Below, one piece after another: positions 26,432-36,186 of a DNA stretch of 64,000 bases. Source of the stretch: an uncultured Chloroflexia bacterium. Lineage in GTDB: Bacteria > Chloroflexota > Dehalococcoidia > Dehalococcoidales > RBG-16-60-22. The first letter of the stretch is position 1. Every line of letters begins with the position of its first letter. Location: the NCBI GenBank assembly GCA_963739515.1, contig CAVUAO010000003.1, positions 748,170-812,169 of the forward strand. The letters run 5' to 3'. The position numbers were made by a program, and so were the translations under genes. The notes under the pieces are model-generated. The model saw only the letters and a list, made by a program, of their open reading frames with translations. It was not told the origin of the DNA and made no database searches.

Positions 26432-27902
26432 ATGCAAAAAACCCCTGACATGACGGACACAAGCCGGGTGCGCAACGTCCTCGATACCGACCGCGTCGGG
26501 TCGTTGCTGGTAAAGCTGGCGACGCCCGCGTTCTTTGGAATGTTCGTGCAGACTCTTTACAACGTGGTAAATACCATCTTCATCGGCCATGCCGTCGATA
26601 AACTCGGCAATCCCATCGGCATGCCGGCCATCGCCGCTCTTTCCATTATTTTCCCTATCCAGATGATATTCATGGGCGTCGGCATGATGGTCGGCATGGG
26701 CGGGCACCTCGCTCATTTCCAGGTCCATCGGTTCGGGCGAACATGCCAAAGCGGAACGCACTCTGGGCAACGGCATAACCTGCATTACCATATTAGCGCT
26801 GGTAATAACCGCCGTCATCCTGCCTAATATCAATGGTTTCCTCAGGCTTATCGGCGCCTCGGAAGAGGTCCTCCCTTACGCCCGGGAATACCTGAGAATC
26901 ATCGTCAGCGCCACGGTCTTTAACCTCATCGGCATGGCCCTGCTGAACTTCGTCCGGGCCGAAGGCAACGCCCGCGTGGGCATGATTGCCAATATCATCG
27001 GGGCCGGACTGAATATTGTACTGGACTCTATTTTCATCTTCTGGCTCAAGATGGGCGTCACCGGTGCCGCCCTGGGCACGGTCATCGCGCAGATAACGGC
27101 GTTGATATACCTGAGCTCCTATTATCTTTCCGGGAGCAGCTACCTGAAGTTCCGCCGGGCCAATCTCCGGCTCGATGCCGCTATCCTGAAACCGATGTTT
27201 TCCATCGGCGCCTCGTCCTTCGTGCAGACGGTGGCCGGCAGCTTTTCCGCCATGTTCCTGATTAAAGAAGTGGTCAATCACGGCGGCGATGTTTACCTGT
27301 CCGCCTTCGGCATCATCCAGCGGGTGATGATGTTCGCCACGATGCCGGCCATGGTCACCGGCCAGGGCGTGCAGCCCATCATCGGGTTTAACTATGGCGC
27401 CAGGCGCTTTTCGCTCGCCCTGAAAGCTTTAAAAATAGCGACGATTGCCTCCTCGCTGATGAGCCTGGCATCGTTCGCCATACTCTATTCTATCCCGGGG
27501 CCGATCATCAAGATTTTCAACAGCGACCCTCAACTGGTGGCGGCCGGCATACGCGCTTCCCACCTGGTCTTCTGGAGCATGCCCCTGATGGGTCTGGTAA
27601 TGGTCGGCGCCACCTCTTTCATGTCGATAGGCAAGGCGGTGCAGGCGTTTATCCTGGCGGTCGCCAGGCCGGTCCTGTTCCTGATTCCGGCGGTGGCGGT
27701 GCTGCCGCACCTGCTGGGACTGAACGGCGTCTTTCTCTCCTTCCCCACCTCCGACGCCTTTACCCTCATCCTGACGGCGCTGCTTATCATCCCCGTCATA
27801 CGGCAGTTCCGCAAGGCGACCGCCGATGAGAAAGGAAAACCGGCCGGGGCGTTCAGTCCGCAGGGGCTGCTGGATACCGCCGAGGAAGGTCAGCGCCAAT
27901 AA
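26432..27902 (+). pseudogene. MATE-family efflux transporter with one frameshift
   Basis: ORFs 26432..26827 and 26934..27902. Removing one G from the GGG run at 26702-26704 restores GMGGTSLISRSIGSGEHAKAERTLGNGI..., which matches the paralogue's GLGGASLISRMLGRG. Confidence 0.8.
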
Positions 27903-27926
27903 ATAACTGGAAAGCATTTTTCTAAC

Positions 27927-29312
27927 ATGCAAGACCATAATGTGCTTGATACGGATAAAGTCGGCCGGCTGCTGATGAAGCTGACCGTCCCGATATTTTT
28001 AGGGATGACCGTCCAGGCGGTCTATAACGCCGTCGATACGATATTCATCGGCAAATTCGTGGTAAATCCCGAGCTGGCGATGGCCGGGCTTTCCATCTCC
28101 TTCCCGTTCCAGATGCTGACCATGGGGGTGGGGCAAATGGTGGGGCTGGGAGGGGCGTCACTGATTTCACGGATGCTGGGCCGCGGCGATAAGCCCGGGG
28201 CGGAACACACCCTGGGCAACGGTATTACTTTCGGCGTCGTCCTTTCACTGGTCTTAATGGCCGGTTTCCTGCCCTTTCTAAATTTCTGGCTGAGGCTGGT
28301 GGGCGCTTCCGACGCCGTCCTGCCTTATGCCAGGGACTATTTATCGATAATGATGGCCGGGGCCGGCTTCAATGTCATGTCCAATGCCGTCATCAGCTTC
28401 GTCAGGGCGGAGGGCAACGCGCGCGTAGCGATGACCGGGATGATTGTGGCGTCTCTCCTGAATATCCTTCTCGACTGGGTGTTTATCGTTCGCCTGCAGA
28501 TGGGCACCCGGGGCGCCGCGCTGTCTACCATGATATCCATGGGGGCCTCCACCGCCTACGTCCTTATTTACTATCTTAACGGGAACTCTTATCTGAAAAT
28601 GCGCGCCCGCAATCTCCTGCCTAATTTCAGCATCCTGAAGCAGATATTCGTCATCGGCATCGCCTCTTTTGTGCAGACCACCGCCGGCAGCCTGTCCGCT
28701 TCGATGATAATGAGAACGGCGGCCACCTACGGGGGCGACATCGCGATAGCCGCTTTCCTTGTCATCCAGCGCGTCATGTGGTTCTCCATGATGCCCAGCA
28801 TGGTGATAGGGCAGGGGATGCAGCCGATTCTCGGTTTTAACCATGGCGCCAAACGTTATAATCTAGTGGTCAAGACCATCACCACAGCTTCGTTTATCGC
28901 CATCGGGGTGGGGATACTGGGGTTCTTCGTGCTCTACTTTTTTCCGCAGCCGATATTCAGGATATTTACGTCAGATGAACTGCTGATAGCCAAGGGCGCC
29001 TATATCGCCAAACTAGTTTTCCTGGGCCTGCCGGTTTTCGGTTTTTACAACGTGGGTTCGATGGTATTCCCGTCGGTGGGCAAAGCGCTCCAGACGTTCA
29101 TCATAGCTGTTGCCCGGCCGATGGCTTTTATGATTCCGCTGTTGCTACTTTTACCCCGGTTATTAGGGGAGCGGGGGGTTTGGTACTCGTTTCCCGGCTC
29201 GGATGCACTTACCTTCCTTTTGGTGCTCGGGCTGCTCATACCCATGGTTAAAGGCTTGAACAGGGAGCATACGGAGTCGCTGCTGACTCAAAAAAGTCCG
29301 GCCGGGGTCTAG
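27927..29312 (+). CDS. MATE-family efflux transporter
   Basis: 461 aa with a 12-TM pattern. Paralogue of the preceding gene. Confidence 0.9.
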   Translation: MQDHNVLDTDKVGRLLMKLTVPIFLGMTVQAVYNAVDTIFIGKFVVNPELAMAGLSISFPFQMLTMGVGQMVGLGGASLISRMLGRGDKPGAEHTLGNGITFGVVLSLVLMAGFLPFLNFWLRLVGASDAVLPYARDYLSIMMAGAGFNVMSNAVISFVRAEGNARVAMTGMIVASLLNILLDWVFIVRLQMGTRGAALSTMISMGASTAYVLIYYLNGNSYLKMRARNLLPNFSILKQIFVIGIASFVQTTAGSLSASMIMRTAATYGGDIAIAAFLVIQRVMWFSMMPSMVIGQGMQPILGFNHGAKRYNLVVKTITTASFIAIGVGILGFFVLYFFPQPIFRIFTSDELLIAKGAYIAKLVFLGLPVFGFYNVGSMVFPSVGKALQTFIIAVARPMAFMIPLLLLLPRLLGERGVWYSFPGSDALTFLLVLGLLIPMVKGLNREHTESLLTQKSPAGV

Positions 29313-29393
29313 CGTTTCCCGGGTAAGATGCGGCCGCCTGAGTGAACTTTATTTTTTCGCGGCTGCGTTGTAACATCATACGGGGGAAGCGAC

Positions 29394-30398
29394 GTGGTAA
29401 AACAACCGAAAAGCGCTATCGACTGGCTGCTGGAACCCGAAGATATCGGCGTGAGGTACCTTGCCCTGCGCGACCTGGTCAAAGCTGACGCCGCAGAACT
29501 GGCTATTGCTAAAAAAGGGGCTCATACCAGCGGCCCGATTGCTGAAGTCCTCTCTAAAATGTACAAAGAGGGCTACTGGGTAACGCCGGGACCCGGATAT
29601 AACCCGAAATACACCGGCACCGTATGGTCGATCATTTTACTCGGGCAGCTTGGCGCTTCCATCGACCAGGACGAACGCATCGAGACCGCCTGTGCCTATG
29701 TCCTCGACCATGGCCTGACAGACAACGGCGTATTTACTGCAACCGGTTCGCCGTCCGGTACCCTGGATTGTTTACAGGGCAATCTTTGCTATTCACTTCT
29801 CGATATGGGTTGCACCGACCCCCGCCTGGATAAAGCCTACGATTGGATGGCGCGCAGCGTTACGGGGGAAGGCATCGCCCCCGTGACCGACAAGCAGGCG
29901 AAAATCCGTTATTATGCGGGGAAATGCGGGCCGGTCTTCGCCTGCAGCGGGACCTATCAAAAGCCCTGCGCCTGGGGAGCGGTGGACGTAATGCTCGCGT
30001 TCGGCAAGCTACCCGTAGAGAAAAGGACACCCCTGATAAATAGAGCGATTAAAACGGGGGTAGACTTTCTTTTCAGCAAGGACCCCGCCACGGCCGATTA
30101 CCCGCGCGGCTTCCCGAATACGAGCGGCAAGTCAAGCGGCAACTGGTGGAAGTTCGGCTTCCCCAATTTTTATGTTTCGGATATTCTGCAAATCGCCGAA
30201 GCTATGGTGAGGCTAGGCTACGGCAAAGACCCGCGCCTGTCCAACGCATTAAAACTCATACGGGAAAAACAGGATGAACAGGGGCGCTGGCTTTTGGAAT
30301 ACGATTATTCAGGTAAAACTTGGGTGGACTTTGGACCTAAAAAACAGCCTAACAAGTGGGTAACATTGCGCGCTCTGCGCGTGCTAAACATGGTCTAA
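29394..30398 (+). CDS. uncharacterised protein, possibly prenyltransferase/terpene-cyclase-like alpha/alpha-toroid fold
   Basis: 334 aa, soluble. Repeated aromatic/Gly-rich segments (KYTGTVWSIILLGQLG, GNWWKFGFPNFYVSDILQIAEAM) are reminiscent of the repeats. Assignment is tentative. Confidence 0.35.
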   Translation: MVKQPKSAIDWLLEPEDIGVRYLALRDLVKADAAELAIAKKGAHTSGPIAEVLSKMYKEGYWVTPGPGYNPKYTGTVWSIILLGQLGASIDQDERIETACAYVLDHGLTDNGVFTATGSPSGTLDCLQGNLCYSLLDMGCTDPRLDKAYDWMARSVTGEGIAPVTDKQAKIRYYAGKCGPVFACSGTYQKPCAWGAVDVMLAFGKLPVEKRTPLINRAIKTGVDFLFSKDPATADYPRGFPNTSGKSSGNWWKFGFPNFYVSDILQIAEAMVRLGYGKDPRLSNALKLIREKQDEQGRWLLEYDYSGKTWVDFGPKKQPNKWVTLRALRVLNMV

Positions 30399-30418
30399 TA
30401 ATTCAGGAATTATATTTC

Positions 30419-31744
30419 ATGAATTCCAGATACAATTTTACAGAAGACTATTACGAAAAATCGCGCGAGGCGCTGGAGACGGCGCTCAATCTCGGCGCCT
30501 ATCAGTCGTGGCGGACCTGCGACCCCGGCCCGGAGTCCGCTATCGATAAACGCTACGCCGCCCTGCCGGCATTAACGAAAAAGGATATCCGCGAGCATTT
30601 CCCGGACGGTTTTGTGCCGCCGGGCCAGGACTTGAAAAAAGGACTGGAAAACGGCGAGATAAATTTCGTCCAGACCAGCGGTTCCGCCGACGCCGTCCGG
30701 GTGACCAATATCTGGAACCAGCAGTGGTGGGACGCCTCGGAGAGGGCTTCCTGGAAGCTGAACTCCCACGCGGCGCGCCTCGCCGTCGGCGACCACCCGG
30801 AAGCGATATTAGCCAACGCGCGCAACGTGGGTTTCATCTCGGACGACGGCGACCTACCCTTTGAAAAGCGTCGTTTGGCGCGCTTCCTCTATCTCAACGA
30901 AAAGACCGACCCCTCCCGCTGGACGGACAAAATCATGGACCGGATGATTTTAGAGCTGGATATCTTTAAGCCGGCCGTGCTGGAAGCCAATCCTTCGCTC
31001 CTGGCGAAGCTCTGCCGCTACGCGGCAGCCACCGGGAAGCGGGTCTACCAGCCGGGACTGATCACTTTCACCTACGAGTATCCTTCCAGTCTGCACCTGC
31101 GGCAAATCCGCCGCGTCTTTAAATCGCCGCTGGCGAGCTCCTACGGCACTACCGAGACCGGCTATATCTTCATGCAGTGCGAAGCCGGCAAATTCCACCA
31201 GAACACCGATTCCTGCCGGGTGGACATCCAGCCTCTGAAAAACGAGCATGGCGGACCGGACATCGGCAGAATCCTGGTGACGACCTTCGATAACCCGTGG
31301 TATTCGATGTTCCGCTTCGACGTCGGCGACCTCGCCCGCATTGACAAAGAACAAAGGTGCCCCTGCGGCAGGGATAACGGCATAATCCTCTCCGCCATCG
31401 AAGGCCGGTTCGTCAACGCCACTCTCGACGGTGCCGGCCGGCTGGTCACGTTGCGCCGCGTCGATGAAACGATGGGCCGGATTAAAGACCTCGACGAATA
31501 CCGTTTGGAGCAGTCGGCCCCGGGCACCTATGTGCTGCATCTTTCCACCCGGCGCCCGGATAAGGACAGTTTGAACCGGGAAGTGACGGAAAAGCTGCAT
31601 AAAATCTACGGAAAGGCCGCCGTCATATCTATCGTTTACGAGGACTTTCTCTGCCCGGAGGACTCCGGTAAATACTGCCTGGCCAAGCCGCTTTTCCCGT
31701 TAAAAATAGAGGACTACCTCGATGCCGGGCAGGTTTGCCCGTAA
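30419..31744 (+). CDS. adenylate-forming enzyme, PaaK / coenzyme-F390-synthetase-like
   Basis: Start at ATG 30419 (MNSRYNF...), 21 nt after the previous stop. TSGS (P-loop-like) and YGTTETG motifs present. Confidence 0.65.
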   Translation: MNSRYNFTEDYYEKSREALETALNLGAYQSWRTCDPGPESAIDKRYAALPALTKKDIREHFPDGFVPPGQDLKKGLENGEINFVQTSGSADAVRVTNIWNQQWWDASERASWKLNSHAARLAVGDHPEAILANARNVGFISDDGDLPFEKRRLARFLYLNEKTDPSRWTDKIMDRMILELDIFKPAVLEANPSLLAKLCRYAAATGKRVYQPGLITFTYEYPSSLHLRQIRRVFKSPLASSYGTTETGYIFMQCEAGKFHQNTDSCRVDIQPLKNEHGGPDIGRILVTTFDNPWYSMFRFDVGDLARIDKEQRCPCGRDNGIILSAIEGRFVNATLDGAGRLVTLRRVDETMGRIKDLDEYRLEQSAPGTYVLHLSTRRPDKDSLNREVTEKLHKIYGKAAVISIVYEDFLCPEDSGKYCLAKPLFPLKIEDYLDAGQVCP

Positions 31745-31772
31745 AAAAATATTTAAATGGAAGGTTGCCAAA

Positions 31773-32486
31773 ATGACGCAGGATATCAAGCCGGTCTATC
31801 TCTTCGCCGGAGGACGGTCGGGGAACCGTAAAAAGCAGGGCGTCCTGCTGGAGAGGATGTTCCGCGAGTTCGGCATCGCCTCGCCGAAGGTAGCCTACAG
31901 CGGCACCGCCAGTGGCGACGATAAAGGCTTTTTCCGCTTTATCGCCGGAGAGCTGACGGAGGCGGGGGCGGACCAGGTGACCCACGCCGTTATCGTACCC
32001 GCTAACGCCGACCTCAAAAAAGCTCGGGACGTCCTCGAAGGCGCCGATATCGTTTTCGTCAGCGGCGGGGACGTGGAAGCCGGCATGGACGTTTTACGCG
32101 AAAAGAACATGCTCGACTTCCTCGTTGGGTTGTACCGGCAGGGCAAACCTTTCTTCGGTATCTCCGCCGGGGCGATCATGCTGGCGGACCGGTGGGTGCG
32201 CTGGCGCGACCCCGATGACGATAGTTCCGCCGAGCTTTTCCACTGCCTCGGGTTCGCGCCGGTTATCTGCGATACTCACGACGAAGAGGGAGGCTGGGAG
32301 GAGTTGCAGGCGGCCCTGAAACTGGCCGAAGAGGGCGTCCGCGGCTATGGCCTGGCAACGGGGTCGGGCATTAAAGTTTTCCCCGATGGTAAAGTGCAGG
32401 CGCTGGGCGGCGAAGTCTACCAGTATATCAGCCGCGGCGGCAAGGTCAAGCGTATCGATAATCTGCTGCCCGTTAGCCCGGACTAA
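31773..32486 (+). CDS. peptidase S51 family (PepE/cyanophycinase-like) protein
   Basis: Start at ATG 31773 (MTQDIKPVYLFAGG). Has the nucleophile-elbow GISAGA plus VFVSGGD. Confidence 0.65.
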   Translation: MTQDIKPVYLFAGGRSGNRKKQGVLLERMFREFGIASPKVAYSGTASGDDKGFFRFIAGELTEAGADQVTHAVIVPANADLKKARDVLEGADIVFVSGGDVEAGMDVLREKNMLDFLVGLYRQGKPFFGISAGAIMLADRWVRWRDPDDDSSAELFHCLGFAPVICDTHDEEGGWEELQAALKLAEEGVRGYGLATGSGIKVFPDGKVQALGGEVYQYISRGGKVKRIDNLLPVSPD

Positions 32487-32498
32487 CTGTTTAAAAAT

Positions 32499-32577
32499 CC
32501 ACCCTCTTTGTCCCCCTCCTTAACAAAGGGAGGGCGAGTAGTTAGAAAGAGGGCTTACGCCCTTCTTAGACACCCCC
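32499..32577 (+). repeat. double-hairpin intergenic repeat, copy B
   Basis: caccctctttgtccccctccttaacaaagggagggcg...agagggcttacgcccttcttagacaccccc. Aligns with copy A over its whole length. Confidence 0.75.
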
Positions 32578-32664
32578 GCGTTCGTACTATTGCCTCACTT
32601 GTCATAAAGGGTGTAGAATGAATCTAGACGCCGTTGAGCAAATCGATGGCTGTGGGAGCAAAAA

Positions 32665-33933
32665 ATGGAAATAGTTTTCGATAAGAACGCCGCCGCCGAC
32701 AAAGCGGTCGAAAAGACCGTCAAGGAATTTTTGGGCACTACCGATACTCTCGAAAAATCGAGGAACGTGCCGATATTTATTTTTCAGGACGGCGTGAAAA
32801 AGAGCTACTATATCCGCTGCGCCATCACGGGCAAGACCATGGCCGATACCGTTAGCCTGGATGCCCGACTCAACCCCGAGAGCGGCGAAACCTACCGGGG
32901 CAACCGCGAAATACTGGAATCCCATAATACCTTCCGCCGCATGAGGGCCGACGCCGAAAACGAACGCGAATTCAATGACATCATCGCCGAATACATTACT
33001 TTATACGAACCCAAAAAGCCTTTAAAAATCTGGGGAGGCCAGCACCGCTCCCGCGCCATCATCGACGCCTATCACGAGAAAAAAGTGTCCCGCTATCACG
33101 GGTTCCGCGTTTACTTTAATCTCTCCAAAGAGCAGAGAATCGAGCTCGCCATGATATCCAACACCAGCATCGCCGTCTCCAACGACCTGTTCGACCGGCA
33201 GATGGAAGAGACCTACATGGGCCCGCATCTGAGAAAATGGTGTGTCAAGGTCGGACTGCTGAAGCAGGGCGAGGACTTCCCGGACGTGGGCTCCCACGCC
33301 GAAAAGATTACCACTCAGGGCGCCCGCAGCTTTATCGTCAACTATTTCAAAGGCAAGCAGGCCGGCGCGCAGGTCATCGATGTGGAACTGGACCGGAACG
33401 TCTACGAGCCCTACCTGTGCCAGACCGGTATCTTCCTGGACGAGGAATACCAGCAGCTTACCGAAAAGATGGGGCCCGATTTATGGACGGACAAGGGACT
33501 CATCGAAGCGGCTAAAGACTTCGCGAAGCTGCACAAGGCGCAATACGACGCGATTAGAAAGAGCAAGGTGAACTTCAAAGTTTTCCGGATGAAAGCCATG
33601 GCGCCTTCGGTACTGACGGCCTGGAGCTTCGTCGCGGGGCTGCTGCAAGTGCATCCCGCCCGGCTGGCCGTCCATCTCGCGGTTCCCCCGCCGCCGAAAG
33701 ACGTCCCCGACCCGCTTAATGCCGAGGAGATGAACCAGTTCCGCTATTACCAGGACATCGAGACCTACCGCGGCCTGGGCACCCGGGCGATTATGAAAGA
33801 CCGCCAGAGGATGGCGCAGGTGTTCCTGGCGCGTAGCATCGACCCCGCCGCCACGCTGGATAAAAAGCTGCTCAACCAGGCGGTCAACCAGGCCACGGCT
33901 TTGAAATTCTTCCGCAAAGGCTATACGACGTAG
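32665..33933 (+). CDS. ParB/sulfiredoxin-fold (DGQHR-like motif) protein, unknown function
   Basis: 422 aa. PLKIWGGQHRSRAII at aa 119-133 resembles the ParB-N/DGQHR core. The rest is unrecognised. Confidence 0.4.
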   Translation: MEIVFDKNAAADKAVEKTVKEFLGTTDTLEKSRNVPIFIFQDGVKKSYYIRCAITGKTMADTVSLDARLNPESGETYRGNREILESHNTFRRMRADAENEREFNDIIAEYITLYEPKKPLKIWGGQHRSRAIIDAYHEKKVSRYHGFRVYFNLSKEQRIELAMISNTSIAVSNDLFDRQMEETYMGPHLRKWCVKVGLLKQGEDFPDVGSHAEKITTQGARSFIVNYFKGKQAGAQVIDVELDRNVYEPYLCQTGIFLDEEYQQLTEKMGPDLWTDKGLIEAAKDFAKLHKAQYDAIRKSKVNFKVFRMKAMAPSVLTAWSFVAGLLQVHPARLAVHLAVPPPPKDVPDPLNAEEMNQFRYYQDIETYRGLGTRAIMKDRQRMAQVFLARSIDPAATLDKKLLNQAVNQATALKFFRKGYTT

Positions 33934-33963
33934 GCTTCGGTAAATTACTCGGGAAGAAATGAT

Positions 33964-33992
33964 GAGAGGGGGCGCAGCCCCCTCTCGTTTTT
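33964..33992. terminator. bidirectional terminator hairpin between convergent genes
   Basis: gagagggggc-gca-gccccctctc followed by gtttttgtt on the plus strand. Lies between the stop at 33933 (+) and the stop at 33994 (-). Confidence 0.6.
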
Positions 33993-33993
33993 G

Positions 33994-34857
33994 TTATACA
34001 ACCGCGTAATTAGCTATCAGGAACCCGATGACACAGAAAAAGGCAATCGGCGGCAAAGCGGGCATCGGCTTGCCCTTGAGCCAGACCAGCTGAATCAAGA
34101 ACGCGCTCAATAGTCCCACCAGGGCAAACGCACCCACCACTATAGCAGGGTTCAGGCCGTCGATGAAATAAACCGAAGATGTCAGCATGAGCGGGAAGCC
34201 GATATCGCCGCCGCCCAGCAGCGAGTACTCGCGTTCCTCGGCCGGTTTCGCCGCCAGTTCGTTCACCCGCACCATTTTCAGGCTCAACACCCATTCTTTT
34301 ATTTTCTTGGGGTAGATAAAGGCGGGCAGGGTGACCGTCTGCGAAAGCCGGTCCACCATCCAGACCATGAAGCCGAAACGCACTGCCAGGAAATCGTAGA
34401 CGGCGATAACGCCCATGAGGATTAAAAACGCCCATGGAGAAAAAAGAGAGCCGAATACCGAGCCGGCGCTGGCCAGGGCGATAAGCAGGACGAGGTTATG
34501 CAGCCAGACCCTCGTCCAGAGCAGCCAGGCGACGCCGGCGATAATCGCCAGGGGGTAAGCCGCGGGGTAGGGCAGCGTTAAAAAGGTAAGGATGAATACC
34601 CCCCAGGCGAACATCAGGGCAAAGAGAAATTGAAAGACCAGCTTGAGCTTGCTCAAGGGGATGAGGAAAAGCACCAGAGCCATCACGGCCACCGCGGCGA
34701 AGAAATAGGCGATGCCGAACCCGCTGGAAACGGTCGGCGGGGTGATATTATTATCGATGATATATTGCTGCTGGCGGGGCGCGATGGCCAGCGTCAGCGC
34801 CAGGCCGGCGATAATGGTCAGGCCTCCCCAGAGAAACGGGTTGAGTTTAGATTTCAT
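33994..34857 (-). CDS. presenilin/signal-peptide-peptidase-type intramembrane aspartyl protease (A22, GxGD) homologue
   Basis: 287 aa, polytopic. Ordered motifs are YD (aa 154-155, IAVYDFLAV), GGGD (215-218, LLGGGDIGFPL) and PAL (266-268, KPMPALPP). Confidence 0.7.
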   Translation of the reverse strand: MKSKLNPFLWGGLTIIAGLALTLAIAPRQQQYIIDNNITPPTVSSGFGIAYFFAAVAVMALVLFLIPLSKLKLVFQFLFALMFAWGVFILTFLTLPYPAAYPLAIIAGVAWLLWTRVWLHNLVLLIALASAGSVFGSLFSPWAFLILMGVIAVYDFLAVRFGFMVWMVDRLSQTVTLPAFIYPKKIKEWVLSLKMVRVNELAAKPAEEREYSLLGGGDIGFPLMLTSSVYFIDGLNPAIVVGAFALVGLLSAFLIQLVWLKGKPMPALPPIAFFCVIGFLIANYAVV

Positions 34858-35068
34858 GACGGTATCAAGACGCGATGTTTTAATTCATTATAAGTAAGAG
34901 CGCGCGGTGAATGCAATCTGAAATCTCAATCTTCACAGGGCCTGGGCGGCAGTTGTATCACGTTAATCCGGAAAATTGAAGCTGGAAAATCTGACCAATC
35001 AAATCGGGGTTATCGGCGGGATACTGATGGCAAAAAACAGTTCGCACTGAGGAAATAACGAGGTATGA

Positions 35069-35728
35069 TTATAGTTTGGGCTTTACCATGCCGCCCATCT
35101 CAGCCAGGTAGTAGCCTTCGACGTGACGGTTCCGGTAAAAATCAGAAAAAGCCTCATTAGAGTCGATATTGTGGGCGAGCAAAAGCCCACCGGCCTTTAA
35201 ATATTTCCAGGATGTCTGAAATTCCCACGCCATGTTCCGGTAAGAATGGTCGCTGTCATGCAGGAAAATATCGATTTCTTTTACTTTCCTCAGGAGCGGT
35301 TCCAGCTCCTGTGAGCTTCGGCCGATAGTTAAGTGCCACCTGTCCCTCAGGTAGTCGGGTATCAGCCAGCCGCTCTGGTCCTCGTCCCCCCAGGGCGCGT
35401 CTATCGAATAAAGCCCGCCGCGACGGTTCCGCTCGAAGGCGGCAAGGATGTGCGATGATGAAACGCCGCTGGATACGCCGGTCTCCACGACGATATCCGG
35501 TTTTTGAATACGGCAGATAATGTAAAGGACCAGGCCCAATTCCGGGCCGATGCCGTAACCATAGGAAAAGCGCCGCGCTTTAGCCTGGGCACGCCGTTTT
35601 TCCTCGATGCCGTTCTGGAACTCCCGGTCCAGTGCGAATTCAGCAGCGTATTCCCCGACCTCACTCGTATCAGCTCGGGTTAGGCCAATAATAAAGTCCG
35701 CCGCAGCCCTGGAAAGTTTTGCGTCCAT
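35069..35728 (-). CDS. class I SAM-dependent methyltransferase (Methyltransf_24-like)
   Basis: 219 aa. The VVETGVSSGVSS glycine-rich motif plus LHDSDHSY are typical of this subgroup. Confidence 0.65.
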   Translation of the reverse strand: MDAKLSRAAADFIIGLTRADTSEVGEYAAEFALDREFQNGIEEKRRAQAKARRFSYGYGIGPELGLVLYIICRIQKPDIVVETGVSSGVSSSHILAAFERNRRGGLYSIDAPWGDEDQSGWLIPDYLRDRWHLTIGRSSQELEPLLRKVKEIDIFLHDSDHSYRNMAWEFQTSWKYLKAGGLLLAHNIDSNEAFSDFYRNRHVEGYYLAEMGGMVKPKL

Positions 35729-35781
35729 CTCTTTTAATTTTAATTAACCGGCTTCCAAAGCACAATGCGTATAGCTTTGAA

Positions 35782-35817
35782 AAGAAAAAGAGAGAGGAGG
35801 CACGCCTCCCCTCTCTT
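35782..35817 (-). terminator. rho-independent terminator
   Basis: Minus strand reads agagaggggaggcgtgcctcctctct followed by ttttcttttc, 43 nt after the ferredoxin stop. Confidence 0.6.
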
Positions 35818-35859
35818 TAGTGCGCTAGTATTCAGGCCGCCAAACCGGAATCCGACTCT

Positions 35860-36153
35860 CTAAATCTGGCCGACTTTTCCGGTAGCCTTGTTTTTCCAGT
35901 ACCCGCGCAGTTCCAGCGGCCATTTGAACTCCATGGCCCCGGGGCGGGGGCAATCGTTGGCGCAGCAACCGCAGTACCAGCACTCCTCCGGGTGCAGGAC
36001 AATCGGCGGTTTGCCTTTCTGGGGGTGGGGTATATAAACATCTACCTGGCAGACCTCCACGCAGTGGTTGCACCCGTTGCAGATATCCGTAAAAACCACC
36101 GGACTGCTCGGCGTGATAACGTTAGGCATGGCGATTACTTTTTTCTGAGCCAT
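35860..36153 (-). CDS. 4Fe-4S ferredoxin-type small subunit (AprB-like partner of the flavoprotein)
   Basis: Start at ATG 36153 (MAQKKVIAMPNV) with GGAGG 5 nt upstream. Cys clusters CNGCNHCVEVC and CWYCGCCANDCP. Confidence 0.8.
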   Translation of the reverse strand: MAQKKVIAMPNVITPSSPVVFTDICNGCNHCVEVCQVDVYIPHPQKGKPPIVLHPEECWYCGCCANDCPRPGAMEFKWPLELRGYWKNKATGKVGQI

Positions 36154-36186
36154 ATTATCCTCCAAAAAACATTCGCGAAAATTCTA

